DNA from: an uncultured delta proteobacterium
GTDB taxonomy: Bacteria; Desulfobacterota; Binatia; Bin18
Direction of reading: 5' to 3'
DNA: 64,000 nucleotides
Assembly: GCA_963733195.1 (NCBI GenBank)
Contig: CAVTCR010000050.1
Span: forward strand, 96,001 to 160,000
Part shown: positions 41,347 through 53,241 of the stretch, one piece after another
How the letters are laid out: every line of letters begins with the position of its first letter
Numbering within the stretch: position 1 is the first letter of the stretch
Position numbers and translations under genes: made by a program
Notes under the pieces: generated by a model
What the model saw: only the letters and a program-made list of their open reading frames with translations
Databases searched by the model: none
Told to the model about the DNA's origin: nothing

Positions 41347-42216
41347 ATGTCCGAACCCTGGACGCATCATGCCAAAGTTGTCAACGGTTTTCGTATGCAC
41401 TATGTCATCGCCGGTTCTGGATACCCGTTGGTGCTTCTCCACGGCTGGCCGCAAAGTTGGTACGAGTGGCGGAAGATCATTCCGTCACTCGCTGAGAAGT
41501 TTACGGTGATTGCCCCGGATTTGCGTGGCCTGGGTGACTCAGAACGTCCACTCACTGGTTATGACAAACGTACCCTCGCCTCGGATGTGTACGAGTTAGT
41601 GAAATCTCTGGGCTTCAGCAAGATCGGGCTTACCGGCCACGATTGGGGCGGTGCCGTGGCCTTCTACTTTGCCTACGATCATCCAGAGATGATCGAACGC
41701 TTGATGATTCTCGATATGGTGCCAGGTCTTGGACGCAAAGGCGGATCGATGGACATCCGCCAAGCGCAACGCTACTGGCATGTGTTCTTTCACGGCGGCA
41801 TGCCCGACTTAGCTGAGAAGCTGGTCAGTGCCAATGTCGAAGCCTATCTCAGCTATTTCTATACCTCGACCGCCTACAACTACAGCCCGAATGTATTCAG
41901 CGCCGAGGATATCGCCGAATATGTACGCGTCTATTCTGCTCCAGGAGCGATCCGCGCCGGGTTTCAATACTATCGCACTGGGATACAAGAAGATCTCGAT
42001 AATCTGAGCAGTTGCACGCAGAAACTGAAAATGCCGGTCCTCACCTGGGGTGGCGAAGCTTTTATGGGTAACATCGTGCCAGTGTGGCAGGCAGTTGCGG
42101 ATAACGTCCAAGGTGGCGAACTCAAACAATGTGGTCATTTCATCGCCGAGGAAAAACCGGAGTTTGCTATTCAACAAGCGCTGGAATTTTTTGGACCACT
42201 AGGCAAAGGAAGATAG
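41347..42216 (+). CDS. Alpha/beta hydrolase (epoxide hydrolase-like)
   Basis: LLHGWPQ, PDLRG.GDS, GHDWGG nucleophile elbow, GHFIAEE. Confidence 0.92.
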   Translation: MSEPWTHHAKVVNGFRMHYVIAGSGYPLVLLHGWPQSWYEWRKIIPSLAEKFTVIAPDLRGLGDSERPLTGYDKRTLASDVYELVKSLGFSKIGLTGHDWGGAVAFYFAYDHPEMIERLMILDMVPGLGRKGGSMDIRQAQRYWHVFFHGGMPDLAEKLVSANVEAYLSYFYTSTAYNYSPNVFSAEDIAEYVRVYSAPGAIRAGFQYYRTGIQEDLDNLSSCTQKLKMPVLTWGGEAFMGNIVPVWQAVADNVQGGELKQCGHFIAEEKPEFAIQQALEFFGPLGKGR

Positions 42217-42650
42217 TCTTTTGCTAAGACAATAAAGTTTTTCTACAATCGTCAGACACTGCATATAGTAGTTTCCGTAAAAACATGGCACAATCCTTGG
42301 TATGAAGTTCTCCATCGATGCGGCGGAAGATGTGACGTTCGTGCTAGGGCCTATGAATATGTCGGTCCACAGCTGCGAAAATCGCTCGTATGGTAGGGGC
42401 TGGAGGGGTGCATCAGGTGGCGTTGCGGTCGTTACCCATCACGGTGTGGCGTAGTTGTTGGTCAAGAGACTCCCTTCCATCTATATCGACTCGGTGCTTT
42501 CCTCGCAGTGACCTGAGCGTTTCGATCGTTCCTCAGGACAACGATGGGTAGCTGTACGTCTACGAGCACGAAGAGGAAAATTTCGCCCCTTATTGAATTT
42601 TCGCCTTTTATTCGCTTACAATGCGAATACTGAAGTAAGGAGATGTAGCA

Positions 42651-45029
42651 ATGAAGCAGTCAGCGGTGGTGGAGCGAATCTTCCCAACCGACCTCGGCAA
42701 CGAGGCTGAGGAACGCTACCTCAATTATGCCTTGAGTGTCATCACTTCTCGTGCGCTTCCTGATGTGCGCGACGGACTCAAGCCGGTGCAACGTCGTCTT
42801 CTGTACGCGATGTTCCAGAATTTACGTTTGGGAAGTGATGCGCGACCACGCAAATCAGCTGCGATCGTCGGAGAAGTTCTCGGTAAATATCATCCGCATG
42901 GTGATCAGGCAGCGTACGAAGCTATGGTACGCTTGGCTCAACCATTCTCACTGCGTTATCCGCTCGTACATGGCGAAGGTAATTTTGGCTCGCTCGATGG
43001 TGATAGTGCTGCGGCTATGCGCTATACTGAAGCCAAACTTGCACCGCTCACTGATGAGTTGTTTCGCGACTTGCGTGGACAAACTGTTCCATTTCGCGCC
43101 AACTACGATGCAACGGTAGAAGAACCAGTTGTGCTCCCTGCGGCGATTCCCCAACTGCTGCTAAACGGTGCAAGTGGGATCGCTGTCGGTATGGCCACCA
43201 ATATTCCGCCACATAACTTCACCGAGGTGGTCAACGCGCTCGTCGCGATGATCGATGATCCTGATATTACGGTTGCTAATCTCCTGAAGCATATCAAAGG
43301 TCCTGATTTTCCCACTGGCGGTGAGATTCTCACCACTAAACGCGAGTTGCGTGAAATCTACGAAACCGGACAGGGGTCGATAAAACTGCGCGGGGAATGG
43401 ACGATTGAATCACTACCACGAGGAAAGCAACAAATTGTTATCACCTCTCTCCCTTACACGGTGAACAAGGCGCAACTGGTAGAGAAGATCGCTGAGCTGG
43501 TCAGCGGGCGGAAGATTCCTCAGATCATCGATGTCCGTGACGAATCGACCGACGACGTGCGTGTTATCCTTGAGCTTAAAGGTGAGGCTTCCGATGAACT
43601 GGTGATGGCGTATCTTTGCAAGCACACGACACTACAGATTACCGTGCCTGTGAACCTGACCTGTCTCATTCCCACAAGCAATCCTTTGGTTGGACAACCG
43701 GCAAAAGTGACACTTCGCGACCTGTGTCGCCATTTCCTCGATTTCCGTTTAGAGGTTGTCACCAAGCGTCTCGCGTTTGAACTTCGTGAACTGGAAGAAC
43801 GGCTCCATATCCTGGCCGGACTCGCACTCATTGCCGGCAGTCTCGATCAGGTCATTCGCATCATCCGCAATTCCGCATCTCGCAAAGACGCTCGTGACAA
43901 ACTGATGAGCGCTTTCAAGCTCGATGAGGTCCAAGCCGAAGCGATCCTAGAAACGCGGTTGTATCAGCTCGCCCGACTTGAAGTCGAGAAAATTCAAAAC
44001 GAACAAGCCGAGAAAGAAAAACGCGCCAAGGAGATTCGCGTATTACTCGGGAATGAGAAGAAACGGTGGACCATTATTCGCGACGAACTCCAGGAATTGG
44101 GCAAACGTTACGGCGATCGACGACGGACCGCGCTCCGTGCTGGAGAAGAGTTGGCATACGATCCTGAGGCGTATATCGTCCATGAGGAAGCAACGGTAGT
44201 ACTCAGTCGTGATGGCTGGATCAAACGGGTTCGTGAACTGAAAGATCCAACCAGCACCCGTTTGCGTGAAGGCGATGTAATCCGTGTTATTCTGAATGGC
44301 ACAACTCGTGATCGTCTCGCCTTGTTCTCGAATAAGGGTGTACTCTACGTGATAAAGGTCTACGACGTGCCAGCGTCGACTGGGTACGGGGAACCTATTC
44401 AGACGCTGTTGAACTTCCAAGATGGTGAGCGGGTCGTCACGGCAACGTTGGTCACTGGAGAAGGAGTGGCGACAAACGAGAAGACTGCTCCGCCAACCGA
44501 CGAGGATGGTCAGGGTGAATTGTTCAACGCCACTAACGACAACGATAATGGAGATGAACCCGTTGCCGACGGTCCGGCGTATCTGCTCGCAACCGCCGAA
44601 GGAATGGGCTTCCGGTTTCGTCCGAACTTAGAAGAGACGACACGTAATGGTCGCAAAGTGGCTCGGCTCGCCGACAATGACGAAGTTGTTTCCGTAGAGC
44701 CCGTCGAGAGTGGACGAGTTGTCTGCGTCAGTGCCGAAGGGCGAATGCTCGCCTTTCCCACTGAAGATGTCTCAGAGCTCACTGGTGCTGGGCGAGGGGT
44801 GATTTTGGTGCGATTGGAAGAGAGTGACCGCCTTATCGGCGCAGTGACCACCGTGCCAGGGAAAGGTGTAATTGTGACTAATAGTGATGGAAATGATCGT
44901 GAAATTTCACTGAAAGAGATCCCGCTTGGACAACGCGCGGGTAAGGGTCAGCGGGTGATAAAACGGATGACGCTGGTGAGTGTACGCGGCCCCGTGGTTG
45001 AGGAGGATAAACGCAATGGCAGGGCGTAG
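42651..45029 (+). CDS. Type IIA DNA topoisomerase subunit A (ParC/GyrA family)
   Basis: [29 protein letters not shown] (catalytic Tyr), [14 protein letters not shown]; beta-pinwheel CTD. Confidence 0.93.
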   Translation: MKQSAVVERIFPTDLGNEAEERYLNYALSVITSRALPDVRDGLKPVQRRLLYAMFQNLRLGSDARPRKSAAIVGEVLGKYHPHGDQAAYEAMVRLAQPFSLRYPLVHGEGNFGSLDGDSAAAMRYTEAKLAPLTDELFRDLRGQTVPFRANYDATVEEPVVLPAAIPQLLLNGASGIAVGMATNIPPHNFTEVVNALVAMIDDPDITVANLLKHIKGPDFPTGGEILTTKRELREIYETGQGSIKLRGEWTIESLPRGKQQIVITSLPYTVNKAQLVEKIAELVSGRKIPQIIDVRDESTDDVRVILELKGEASDELVMAYLCKHTTLQITVPVNLTCLIPTSNPLVGQPAKVTLRDLCRHFLDFRLEVVTKRLAFELRELEERLHILAGLALIAGSLDQVIRIIRNSASRKDARDKLMSAFKLDEVQAEAILETRLYQLARLEVEKIQNEQAEKEKRAKEIRVLLGNEKKRWTIIRDELQELGKRYGDRRRTALRAGEELAYDPEAYIVHEEATVVLSRDGWIKRVRELKDPTSTRLREGDVIRVILNGTTRDRLALFSNKGVLYVIKVYDVPASTGYGEPIQTLLNFQDGERVVTATLVTGEGVATNEKTAPPTDEDGQGELFNATNDNDNGDEPVADGPAYLLATAEGMGFRFRPNLEETTRNGRKVARLADNDEVVSVEPVESGRVVCVSAEGRMLAFPTEDVSELTGAGRGVILVRLEESDRLIGAVTTVPGKGVIVTNSDGNDREISLKEIPLGQRAGKGQRVIKRMTLVSVRGPVVEEDKRNGRA

Positions 45030-46946
45030 TAACGGCAACGGCAACAATAGCTATACCGCCAAAGACATCACCGTACTCGAAGGGCTGGAGCCGGTTCGTA
45101 AACGGCCTGGTATGTATATTGGCGGGGTTGATACTGCCGGACTCCACCATCTGGTGTGGGAGATTCTGGATAACGCTGTCGACGAAGCCATGAACGGTCA
45201 TGCCGACCGGATCGATGTGACGCTACATGCCGATGGCTCAACCGTTACCGTGAGCGACAACGGACGCGGCATTCCAGTTGACATCCATCCGAAGTTTAAA
45301 AAATCGGCGCTCGAACTGATTCTCACTACCCTTCATGCCGGTGGCAAGTTTGAGGGGTTGAATTATTCGCATTCCGGCGGATTACATGGAGTCGGCGCGT
45401 CGGTCGTTACCGCACTTTCTGACCATCTCGTAGCCAGAGTCAAACGCGACGGGGCTGAGTGGGAACAAGGGATTTGTACGTGGTAAATGTACAGCGCCAC
45501 TCAAAAAGATTGGTCAGGTACGAGGAAGCGGCACAACCATCACCTTCCATCCCGACGCTGAAATTTTCCCTTCGATCACTTTCAAACCCAAACTCATCGC
45601 TGAGCGCCTCGAAGCCAAAGCCTATCTTCACAAGGGGCTCAAGCTGATCTTTCGCAATCAAGCAACGAAAGAAGAAACAACCTATCATTATGAGGATGGT
45701 CTTCGGGCCTATCTCGCTAAACTCTTAACCGAGGGACAGAAGAAGGCAATTATCTCAGAAGTGTTCACGCTGGAACGTGAGGACGAGCCGCCGTTGGAAT
45801 GTGCTCTCACGTGGACTGAGTCACCAGAAGAGAGTGTCTATACTTTCGTCAACGGCATCCCAACACCGTTTGGCGGCACGCATGAAAACGGATTCAAATC
45901 CGCTGTTGTCAAAGCTGTCCGTAATTATATTAACGTTCATGATCTCACCCCCAAAGGATTGGCCTTGACTGCCGAAGACACACGTGAGGGTCTCGTCGCG
46001 ACTCTTGAGCGTGTATCTGAAGAATCCGCAGTTTCAGGGACAAACGAAAGAAAAACTCGGCAATCCAGAAGTTACTGCTCAGCTTGATGGCATACTCCGC
46101 ACGGCATTAGAGAATTTTCTGTTGCATAATAAATCGCAAGCTGATGCGATCGCACAGCGCGTGATACTGGCGGCAAAAGCCCGTACGGCCTCACGGGCTG
46201 CACTCGAAACAGTACGTAAAGGTTCGGTATCGCACCGCCTCAACCTTCCCGGCAAACTTGCCGACTGTTCCTCAACCAGCCCAGAGGGAAGTGAATTGTT
46301 TATTGTCGAAGGTGATTCTGCCGGTGGCTCAGCCAAACAAGGTCGCGATCGTACCTATCAGGCGATTTTGCCATTGCGTGGCAAGGTCTTGAACACCGAG
46401 CAAGCGTCGCTGAGTAAAGTACTCACCAACAAAGAGTTATCTGATGTGGTCTCTGCGCTTGGCTGCGGTGTCGATAAAACATTCGACATTAACAAATTGC
46501 GCTACCATAAGATCTGTTTGCTCATGGACGCTGATTCTGACGGCAATCATATTTGTACGTTATTACTGACCTTCTTTTATCGCCATCTGCCTGAGCTTAT
46601 CCGCGACGGTTATGTCTACATTGCTCGCCCGCCGCTCTACAAAATTGAAGTCGGCAAAGAGGTGCTGTGGGCCAATGATGATGCCGAAAAAGACCGTCTC
46701 TTAGCGAAGCAGAACGGCAAAGCCAGCAAGGCCCACGTCCAACGTTTCAAAGGATTAGGAGAGATGAATCCGCCCACTTTGAAGGAGACGACACTTGATC
46801 CGCGCTCACGTACGCTGCTTAGAGTGACGATTGAGGACGCCGAGCGGACAGAAGCGTCGATTCAAACCTTGATGGGCAAAGATGTACAGCCCAGGTTCGA
46901 GTTCATCATGAGTCGCGCCCCGAAGGTGGAAGAGGTGGATGTGTAA
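45016..46946 (+). CDS. Type IIA DNA topoisomerase subunit B (ParE/GyrB family); frameshifts near 45470 and 46005
   Basis: [54 protein letters not shown]. Confidence 0.92.
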
Positions 46947-46975
46947 AGCCATGAGGATGGCGAGGAGCCACGTCT

Positions 46976-48973
46976 TCAAGAATTCGGCATCCCCCCTCTC
47001 AGCCACTGCAGCGGGCTAAAACCGATCTGCCTGGTCAGGTGCGCGTCGAGTGCCATGAAGCTCATGAACAGATACCAAGCCGTGCAGGCGAGCAGCGCCA
47101 GTTGTTTCCACCAGCGCGGACGTAAGGCCTGCGGTAGGAAACGACGATTGACATACCACGTATGCAGTGCTGTCACAGCCACGAGAAATCCGCCGATATT
47201 CGAGGAGATCAGAATCATCGTGAGTGGGGTGGTAATCTGCATGGCGATACAGATCCACGTGATGTACACCCCCAAGACCAGATAATAGATTTTGTAAACG
47301 TCGTGCGGTGGCATCTCGCGCGCCAGGATAAAGGCTGAGCCCAGCACCCACGCCGTGCCAAAGATAAATACTTTCACGGTCGTGCTCCACTCGACGAGCA
47401 GAGTGACCGTGCCATCAGCCCCAACGCTCTGACCGACTTTGAGCGCCGATAGCGCTACACAGCTCAAAACAGTAACGGCGTACACCATCACCAGTGGTTT
47501 TAATACTCGAGCCTCAACCTCTTCTGCCTTGAGCCGTGCTACCACGCGACGCACAAGCCATAGCGCGGTAGGAATCCCACAGAGAAAAATAAGCGCCAAG
47601 AAGAAGTAACTGACAGAGAGAAATTCCTCCGCAACGCTGTGCAACACAAGAGCACCGATTACAAGAGCCAGCCCCACAGACAACACTCGCGTACTCCGGA
47701 CCTTCCGCCCGGGCTGACTGCCTGTCCAAATCATGTCACTCCACAACCGCCCTACTCCATCAACTCCCACCAAAACGCTGGAAAAGAGCACCCAGAAACC
47801 ACACAGCAAGGTCAGATACCAGAAAACGCTGCCATGCCTTCTAGCGATGCCTTCGGCCTGAAATGCCGCGGCTTGCCACTGGCCCAGATTACGGGAGGGA
47901 TCGATAAACTCGACGGCGAGAATGGCGGGCAACGCCATGCCGAGGAGCGCGCCGCCAGCCCAAATGAGCCCTTGATCGAACAACACCAGCTTCCACCATT
48001 GGCGAAACTTTCGGACGTTATCCGCCGTGACCGGAAACACCATGCCAACATGGGACAGCGTAATCGCTTGCCCGCCAACTGCCGAGGGAATAGCTCCGAC
48101 TAACGCTCCCATTCCCCAGCCTTTGTCTCGTATGTAGTTACTCGTGCCTGCGTTTCCCAAGCCACCAAGTCCAGCATACGCGGCAAATCCAGCGATCAAC
48201 GCCCAGTCCAAAGCCTGGCCATCAGGAAAATAGCCAAAGTTGACAAACCCGCTGAAGACCAAGCCCCACGAGCGCCAACTCGTCATGAAGACATCGACAA
48301 AGAGCAAGTACCCCAAAATCCACACCACCATAAACGCCGTGGCCGTCTGCAGCATAGTGTAGACCTTGCCGCCAAAGAGCACCAACAAAACGCAGACCGC
48401 GAAAATGGCGTAGGCGCAACTGCGCACGAGAAAGGAGTTGGCAGCAGTCGGCACGACATAGGCGTCATACTGGACACTCAAGATCCCCGCGGCGACAGCG
48501 GTAGCCGCGTTCGTTGCTAACCCTGGCCACGCCATACTGGCGCTGAGACCTAAATACCAGGAGCTGTGCCAGCGACTGCCGGGCCAGCAGCGCATGTAGG
48601 CGGTGAAGATCGGTTCACCTGTCGCTAAGGTATAACGCGCCACTTCCTGATTCAGGCAGGCCTGCAAACAGATAGAGACAGTTGCGACCCACAGCACCGT
48701 TCCCGCGTATTTGGCGGTCAACGCCGGGGCGAGCAGCCATTCGCCGCTGCCGATAGCTGCGCCGAGCAAGATCACGCTCGGACCGATCAAACGGACAGCG
48801 TTCCGCACACCAAATTGTGGCGGGTCAGGCAACTCTCCAACGTTCCATGCTGGCAACATCCCTGGATCAGGAAATCCACACGCTGTGCTCGTAGCTGGAA
48901 GCGGGTCTGTGATGGGTTCCAGAGCAACGGCAGTGCTCTCCGCAGTCCTACCTTCATGACTCATAGTCGGCAT
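46976..48973 (-). CDS. Nramp-superfamily (YcsG-like) transporter
   Basis: GP.VILLG.AIGSGEW, RYTLATGE, YIRDKGWGMG; many TM helices. Confidence 0.75.
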   Translation of the reverse strand: MPTMSHEGRTAESTAVALEPITDPLPATSTACGFPDPGMLPAWNVGELPDPPQFGVRNAVRLIGPSVILLGAAIGSGEWLLAPALTAKYAGTVLWVATVSICLQACLNQEVARYTLATGEPIFTAYMRCWPGSRWHSSWYLGLSASMAWPGLATNAATAVAAGILSVQYDAYVVPTAANSFLVRSCAYAIFAVCVLLVLFGGKVYTMLQTATAFMVVWILGYLLFVDVFMTSWRSWGLVFSGFVNFGYFPDGQALDWALIAGFAAYAGLGGLGNAGTSNYIRDKGWGMGALVGAIPSAVGGQAITLSHVGMVFPVTADNVRKFRQWWKLVLFDQGLIWAGGALLGMALPAILAVEFIDPSRNLGQWQAAAFQAEGIARRHGSVFWYLTLLCGFWVLFSSVLVGVDGVGRLWSDMIWTGSQPGRKVRSTRVLSVGLALVIGALVLHSVAEEFLSVSYFFLALIFLCGIPTALWLVRRVVARLKAEEVEARVLKPLVMVYAVTVLSCVALSALKVGQSVGADGTVTLLVEWSTTVKVFIFGTAWVLGSAFILAREMPPHDVYKIYYLVLGVYITWICIAMQITTPLTMILISSNIGGFLVAVTALHTWYVNRRFLPQALRPRWWKQLALLACTAWYLFMSFMALDAHLTRQIGFSPLQWLRGGMPNS

Positions 48974-49087
48974 CCACTTTCGCTATGGAACCACGCGCTG
49001 TTGAGTCTTTTGTATTGAGCCAGTTCCTCATTGGGTCATCAGATCATTGAATCATTGCTGCATCGGGTCATTGATAAAAACAATCTT

Positions 49088-52000
49088 TCAATCGTTCAAT
49101 TCTTCGAGCAGCACCTTTGCCTCTTGCAAGTCTTTGGTATCAAATCCTTCGGTGAACCAACTATACACGTCCGACAACATTTGGTGAGATTCGTCAAGTT
49201 TAGCGCGTGTTCCATGGTGCGTGGGATGTAAGCCGTGTTGCGTGTTCCGTGGTGTGTAATCCCGAGCTTGGTGTTGTCGTAACCGGACCAGGCTCATCAC
49301 CGCGCGCAGTTCGAGCGACTTGGCTTGTTGTTTTTGGGCGATGTCGATGGCTTTGAGGAAGCACGCTTCGGCTTCTTCGAAACCGATGAATGATGAACGA
49401 TGAATGATGAATGGGGGCAGTTTCCTGCTGTTCTTTCTTTTTTTGTCTGCCGTTCATCATTCTGCATTCTGACGTTCCGACGTTTAGCGAGCAGCTCGCC
49501 TTTCAGCCGATACAGCTCCGCCTCATAAAACCGCTCTCCGCTTTTGTCCACCACCGCCAGCGCCTCGGCGAGTGTGGCCAGCCCTTCCTCTGCCTGCCCC
49601 GCTTTCCCATACGCCTCGGCCAGCAGGACAAGATAATATGATTGAAATATCCCTGCCCCTACGGCTTGCTGGGTGGCCAGGCCTTGGCGGATCTGGCTAA
49701 TCCCCTCTTCACTCTGTCCCTGTTCGGCGAGCGCCCAGCCCTGCAGGACAGCCCCTTGCCCTAACCAACGGGAAATCCTTGCTCGCGCGCGAGGGTGATT
49801 GCTGCCTCGGCCCACTCGTGGGTCAGTGCTCTTTCCCGGCGAAGCTGGTGCGACAGGGCAGCAAAAACCCGGGCGGCGGCCAAGCTGTATGGATGAGACC
49901 GCTCTTGGGCCAGAGTACGCGCGGCATGCTCTTCTGGAGCGCCTGGTCCGGATAGCCCAGATGCCACAGGACCAAGGCTGCATAGGAAAGGCTAAAGACC
50001 CCCGGCTCCGTATGCTGTAGAGGAACACATGGGAGCGGTGGCGCTGAGCGTCATACAGGGTCAGACTCTGCTCCAGGTGCGCCTGGGCCGCGCCGAACTC
50101 ACCCAGATGGAATAAGGTGCTGCCCAGTGCCCGATATGCCTCCATGAGCAAGGCCGGGTCGTGCTCCCGCTGGGCCAGGCCCAGGAGTTGCTCCCCCAGC
50201 TCGCGCGCCGCGAGCAACTCGCCCCCAACATGATGAAACGTCCGCAGCCCAAAGAGGACCGGGAAGAGCTGGCGGGTCTCCCCGAGCCTGCTGGCACAGC
50301 TCCCGGGCGCGGGTATAGGTAGCCTTCACTTCCGGTGAGGCAAAACCTCTGATGGCCTGTAACGGCATGCCCAGAGTGACGTGCAGTATGAGTTCTTGTT
50401 GGGCACGCTCGGAGGTGTCTGGCAGAGCGTTGAGTAATTGTAGGGCAGTCGTGAGGTGAGTGATTGCTTCCGTATTGGCCGAGCGCTGCACCGCCTGTTG
50501 CCCCGCCAGGTGCAGGTACTCGACGGCTTTCTCCGTATTGCCACTGCGACTGTAGTGATGCGCTAGGTCACTGTAATGCTCGTCCAGGGTGGCGCGGTAG
50601 AGGGCTTCCATGGCCTGCGCCGTGCGCTCATGTAAGGCTTTGCGCTCGCTCGTGGAGCACCGTGCCGTAGGCGACCTCCTGCGTTAGGGCGTGCTTGAAG
50701 ATATAGTCGGCCTCGGGCAAGGCCGGCTGTTCGTAGAGAAATTCTTTGTGCTGGAGCGAGGCGAGGAGGCGATAGAGTTCGTCTTCAGGGTGTGGAATGA
50801 CTTGGCGGAGGAGACTCAACGGGAACTGGCGCCCGATGACGGACAATTGCTGCAAGAGGGTTTTCTCGTCGGGGCGAGGCGGTCGATGCGGGCGGCCAAG
50901 ACGCCTTGCACGGTGGGGGAGATATGGAGTTCGGCTGGCGCGTGCTCCGGCCGGTACTGGCCACGCTCGCCGCTGAGCACCCCTTCTTCCGCTAACGTCC
51001 TGCACCACCTCTTCCATGAAAAACGGCGTGCCTTCGGTTTTCTCCAAGATGAGTTGTTTGAGGTCGTGTAGGGGCGCACCAATGTGTGCGCCCGCTGCCT
51101 GTGGGCCGCACCCTTCGCCAAGCTCAGGGCAGGCTCCCGGTCGGCCCCTACAGAAGTACCGAGGAGCGCGTCGAGAAATTCTTCCGCTTCGGCCTTCCCA
51201 AACGGTGCCAACCGCAGTTGCGTGTAATAGGTCTTGCTTCCCCATTCTTGCCGATACTCTGGGCGATAGTTGACCAGCAGCAAGACTTTGGCCGAGGCCA
51301 CACTCTCACTCAGCGTATCGAGAAAGCCTTGCGTCTCGCTATCAATCCAGTGCAGATCTTCGAAGATGCAGGATCAAGGGCTGCTTGAGACTCTCCCGCA
51401 AGAACAGTTTCTTGAGCGCGTCGAACGTCCGCCGGCGCCGAATCTGCGGGTCCATCTGCTGTAACGGCGAGGGCTGCTCTTCAATCCCCAGCAACGCAAA
51501 CAGATAGGACAAGGTATCTTCCAAACTCCGGTCCAAGCCGAGGACTTTCCCGATGACCTTCTCACGACGGGTCCGCTCGTCATCCTGCGGTTGAATCTGG
51601 AAATAGCCCTTAAGCAACTCAATCACCGGCAGATACGGTGACGCTTTGCCGTGGGAGACCGAGTAGGCTTGGAGCACGAGTAGGGGCGTACGGCCGTACG
51701 CCCCTACGAATTCGTGAAACAACCGTGACTTGCCTAACCCCGGCTCGCCCATCACTCCCACGATCTGCCCATGTCCGGCTTTGGCTTGCTCCAATGCTCT
51801 GCACATCTGCTCCATCTCGCTCTGCCGTCCAACAAACCGCGTCAGTCCATGGCGGGTAGCGGACACTTGCAAGCGGGTGCGCAGTGGGCCGGCACCCAGC
51901 ACTTCGTAGACGGTGAGTGGTTCTTCTACTCCTTTGATCTGCGTCTGTCCGAGCGCTTTGAAGGCAAAATACCCCTCGGTGAGTTTGTGCGTATACACCG

Positions 52001-52846
52001 TCACCAGAATCGACCCCGGCGTGGCCATCTGCTCCATCCGCGCGGCGAGGTTGGTCGAATGGCCGACCGGCACATAGTCGGTGTGCAGATCATCTTTGCG
52101 AATCGAGCGCACCACCACTTCCCCGGTATTGATGCCAATTCTCATCGCCAATGGGACGCCGTGCTTGAGCCGTATCTGATCGCTGTAGCGGCGCATCTCG
52201 TCTTGCATACACAAGGCAGCGTACAACGCACGTTGGGGATGATCCTCATGCGCAATCGGGGCACCAAACAGCGCGAAGATCCCATCGCCTAGCGCTTGCG
52301 CGACATAGCCCTCATAGCGATGCACCGCGTCCATCATCAGTTGCAGTGCGGGATCAATAATCGCGCGGGCTTCCTCTGGGTCGAGACCTTCAATCAATGC
52401 GGTTGAGCCTTTGAGATCGGCAAACAACGCGGTGATGGTCTTGCGTTCACCGTCTGTGACTACTGCTGCACGAATCCGTTCGGCAAGATGGGGCGGCGTG
52501 TAGGCGCGCTGGGGGTTGGGCTTCTGGACTTTGGACCTTGGACCCTTCGACTAGCTCACCTGTGCCTGCGGCACTGGCGCAGGCAGGACAGGCTTTGAGA
52601 CCTTGGACTTCTGTTCTGACGCTGGACGCTGGACGCCTGGACGCCCTCGGACTGTCCTTGGCCGACCCACACCAACACCTCCCCGTCTTCATCAACGGCA
52701 AGTCGCTTTGCCTTAATGAGTTCGGTCTTTAGATCTTCGAGCGACTCGTCATCCAGGTCGAACTCGCGTTTCAATGCCCGATACGAGACGCGTTCTCTCC
52801 GTTGCAGAAACTCAACGGCTTGATCTACCAGCTCGGAGAACTTCAT
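49088..52846 (-). CDS. Class III adenylate/guanylate cyclase + STAND AAA ATPase + TPR protein; multiple frameshifts
   Basis: LFADLKGST, LGDGIFALFGAPIAHED, N.AAR; Walker A GEPGLGKS; EGTPFF.EE; Y.FKHALTQEVAY; ELYRLKGELL; WFTEGFDTKDLQEA. Confidence 0.88.
51068..51151. repeat. Composite GTAG REP (84 nt) inserted in-frame in the cyclase-STAND gene
   Basis: gtaggggcgcac...gtgcgccc ... cccttcgccaagctcagggcaggc ... ggcccctac. Confidence 0.8.
51680..51707. repeat. Perfect 28-nt GTAG REP palindrome within coding sequence
   Basis: GTAGGGGCGTACGGCCGTACGCCCCTAC equals its own reverse complement; translates as VGAYGRTPL. Confidence 0.9.
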
Positions 52847-53160
52847 CTTACGCGCTCCTTGTCACCCATATGACTGAAGACTATCCCGCCAAGAGGACGA
52901 ACGAAAAACGGGAGGGCGAAGGTGACGTAAGTGAGTAAGAGCCCGCTCGTCGCATCGGTCGTGGGGAAAAAGAGTTTGACGAACACGAGTGGAGCGACCA
53001 TCCCATACAAGAGATAGTCATACCATTCGATGGAGCTGCCAATCAGGCTGGCGACGAGAGCCTTGGTGCTCTTTGATTTGCTCTGATCTGTCACGACTTT
53101 CACTACTCCTTCTGCGGGAAGTGTTGCTCTCGCTTGAGAAATCCAAATGTTTGCCGTCAC
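52843..53160 (-). pseudogene. N-terminal fragment of an MHS-family MFS transporter
   Basis: IGSSIEWYDY..YG......F...FFP ... RPLGGIVFSHMGD, then stops after 2 TMs. Confidence 0.75.
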
Positions 53161-53241
53161 GGACCGCTACTTAAGGACAACACTTCCTTTTTCCTTCCCC
53201 TACGTTATCGACAAGCGGGCGTCAACTCGTCTAGAGATCGA

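Noticed and set aside
42286-42302. Sigma-54 promoter TGGCACAATCCTTGGT
   Set aside because: The -12 element reads GG instead of the conserved GC, so it is too weak to call
42510-42540. Hammerhead-like core CTGAGGA...GAAAC on the minus strand
   Set aside because: No stem II can form and no compatible stem III or cleavage triplet is evident
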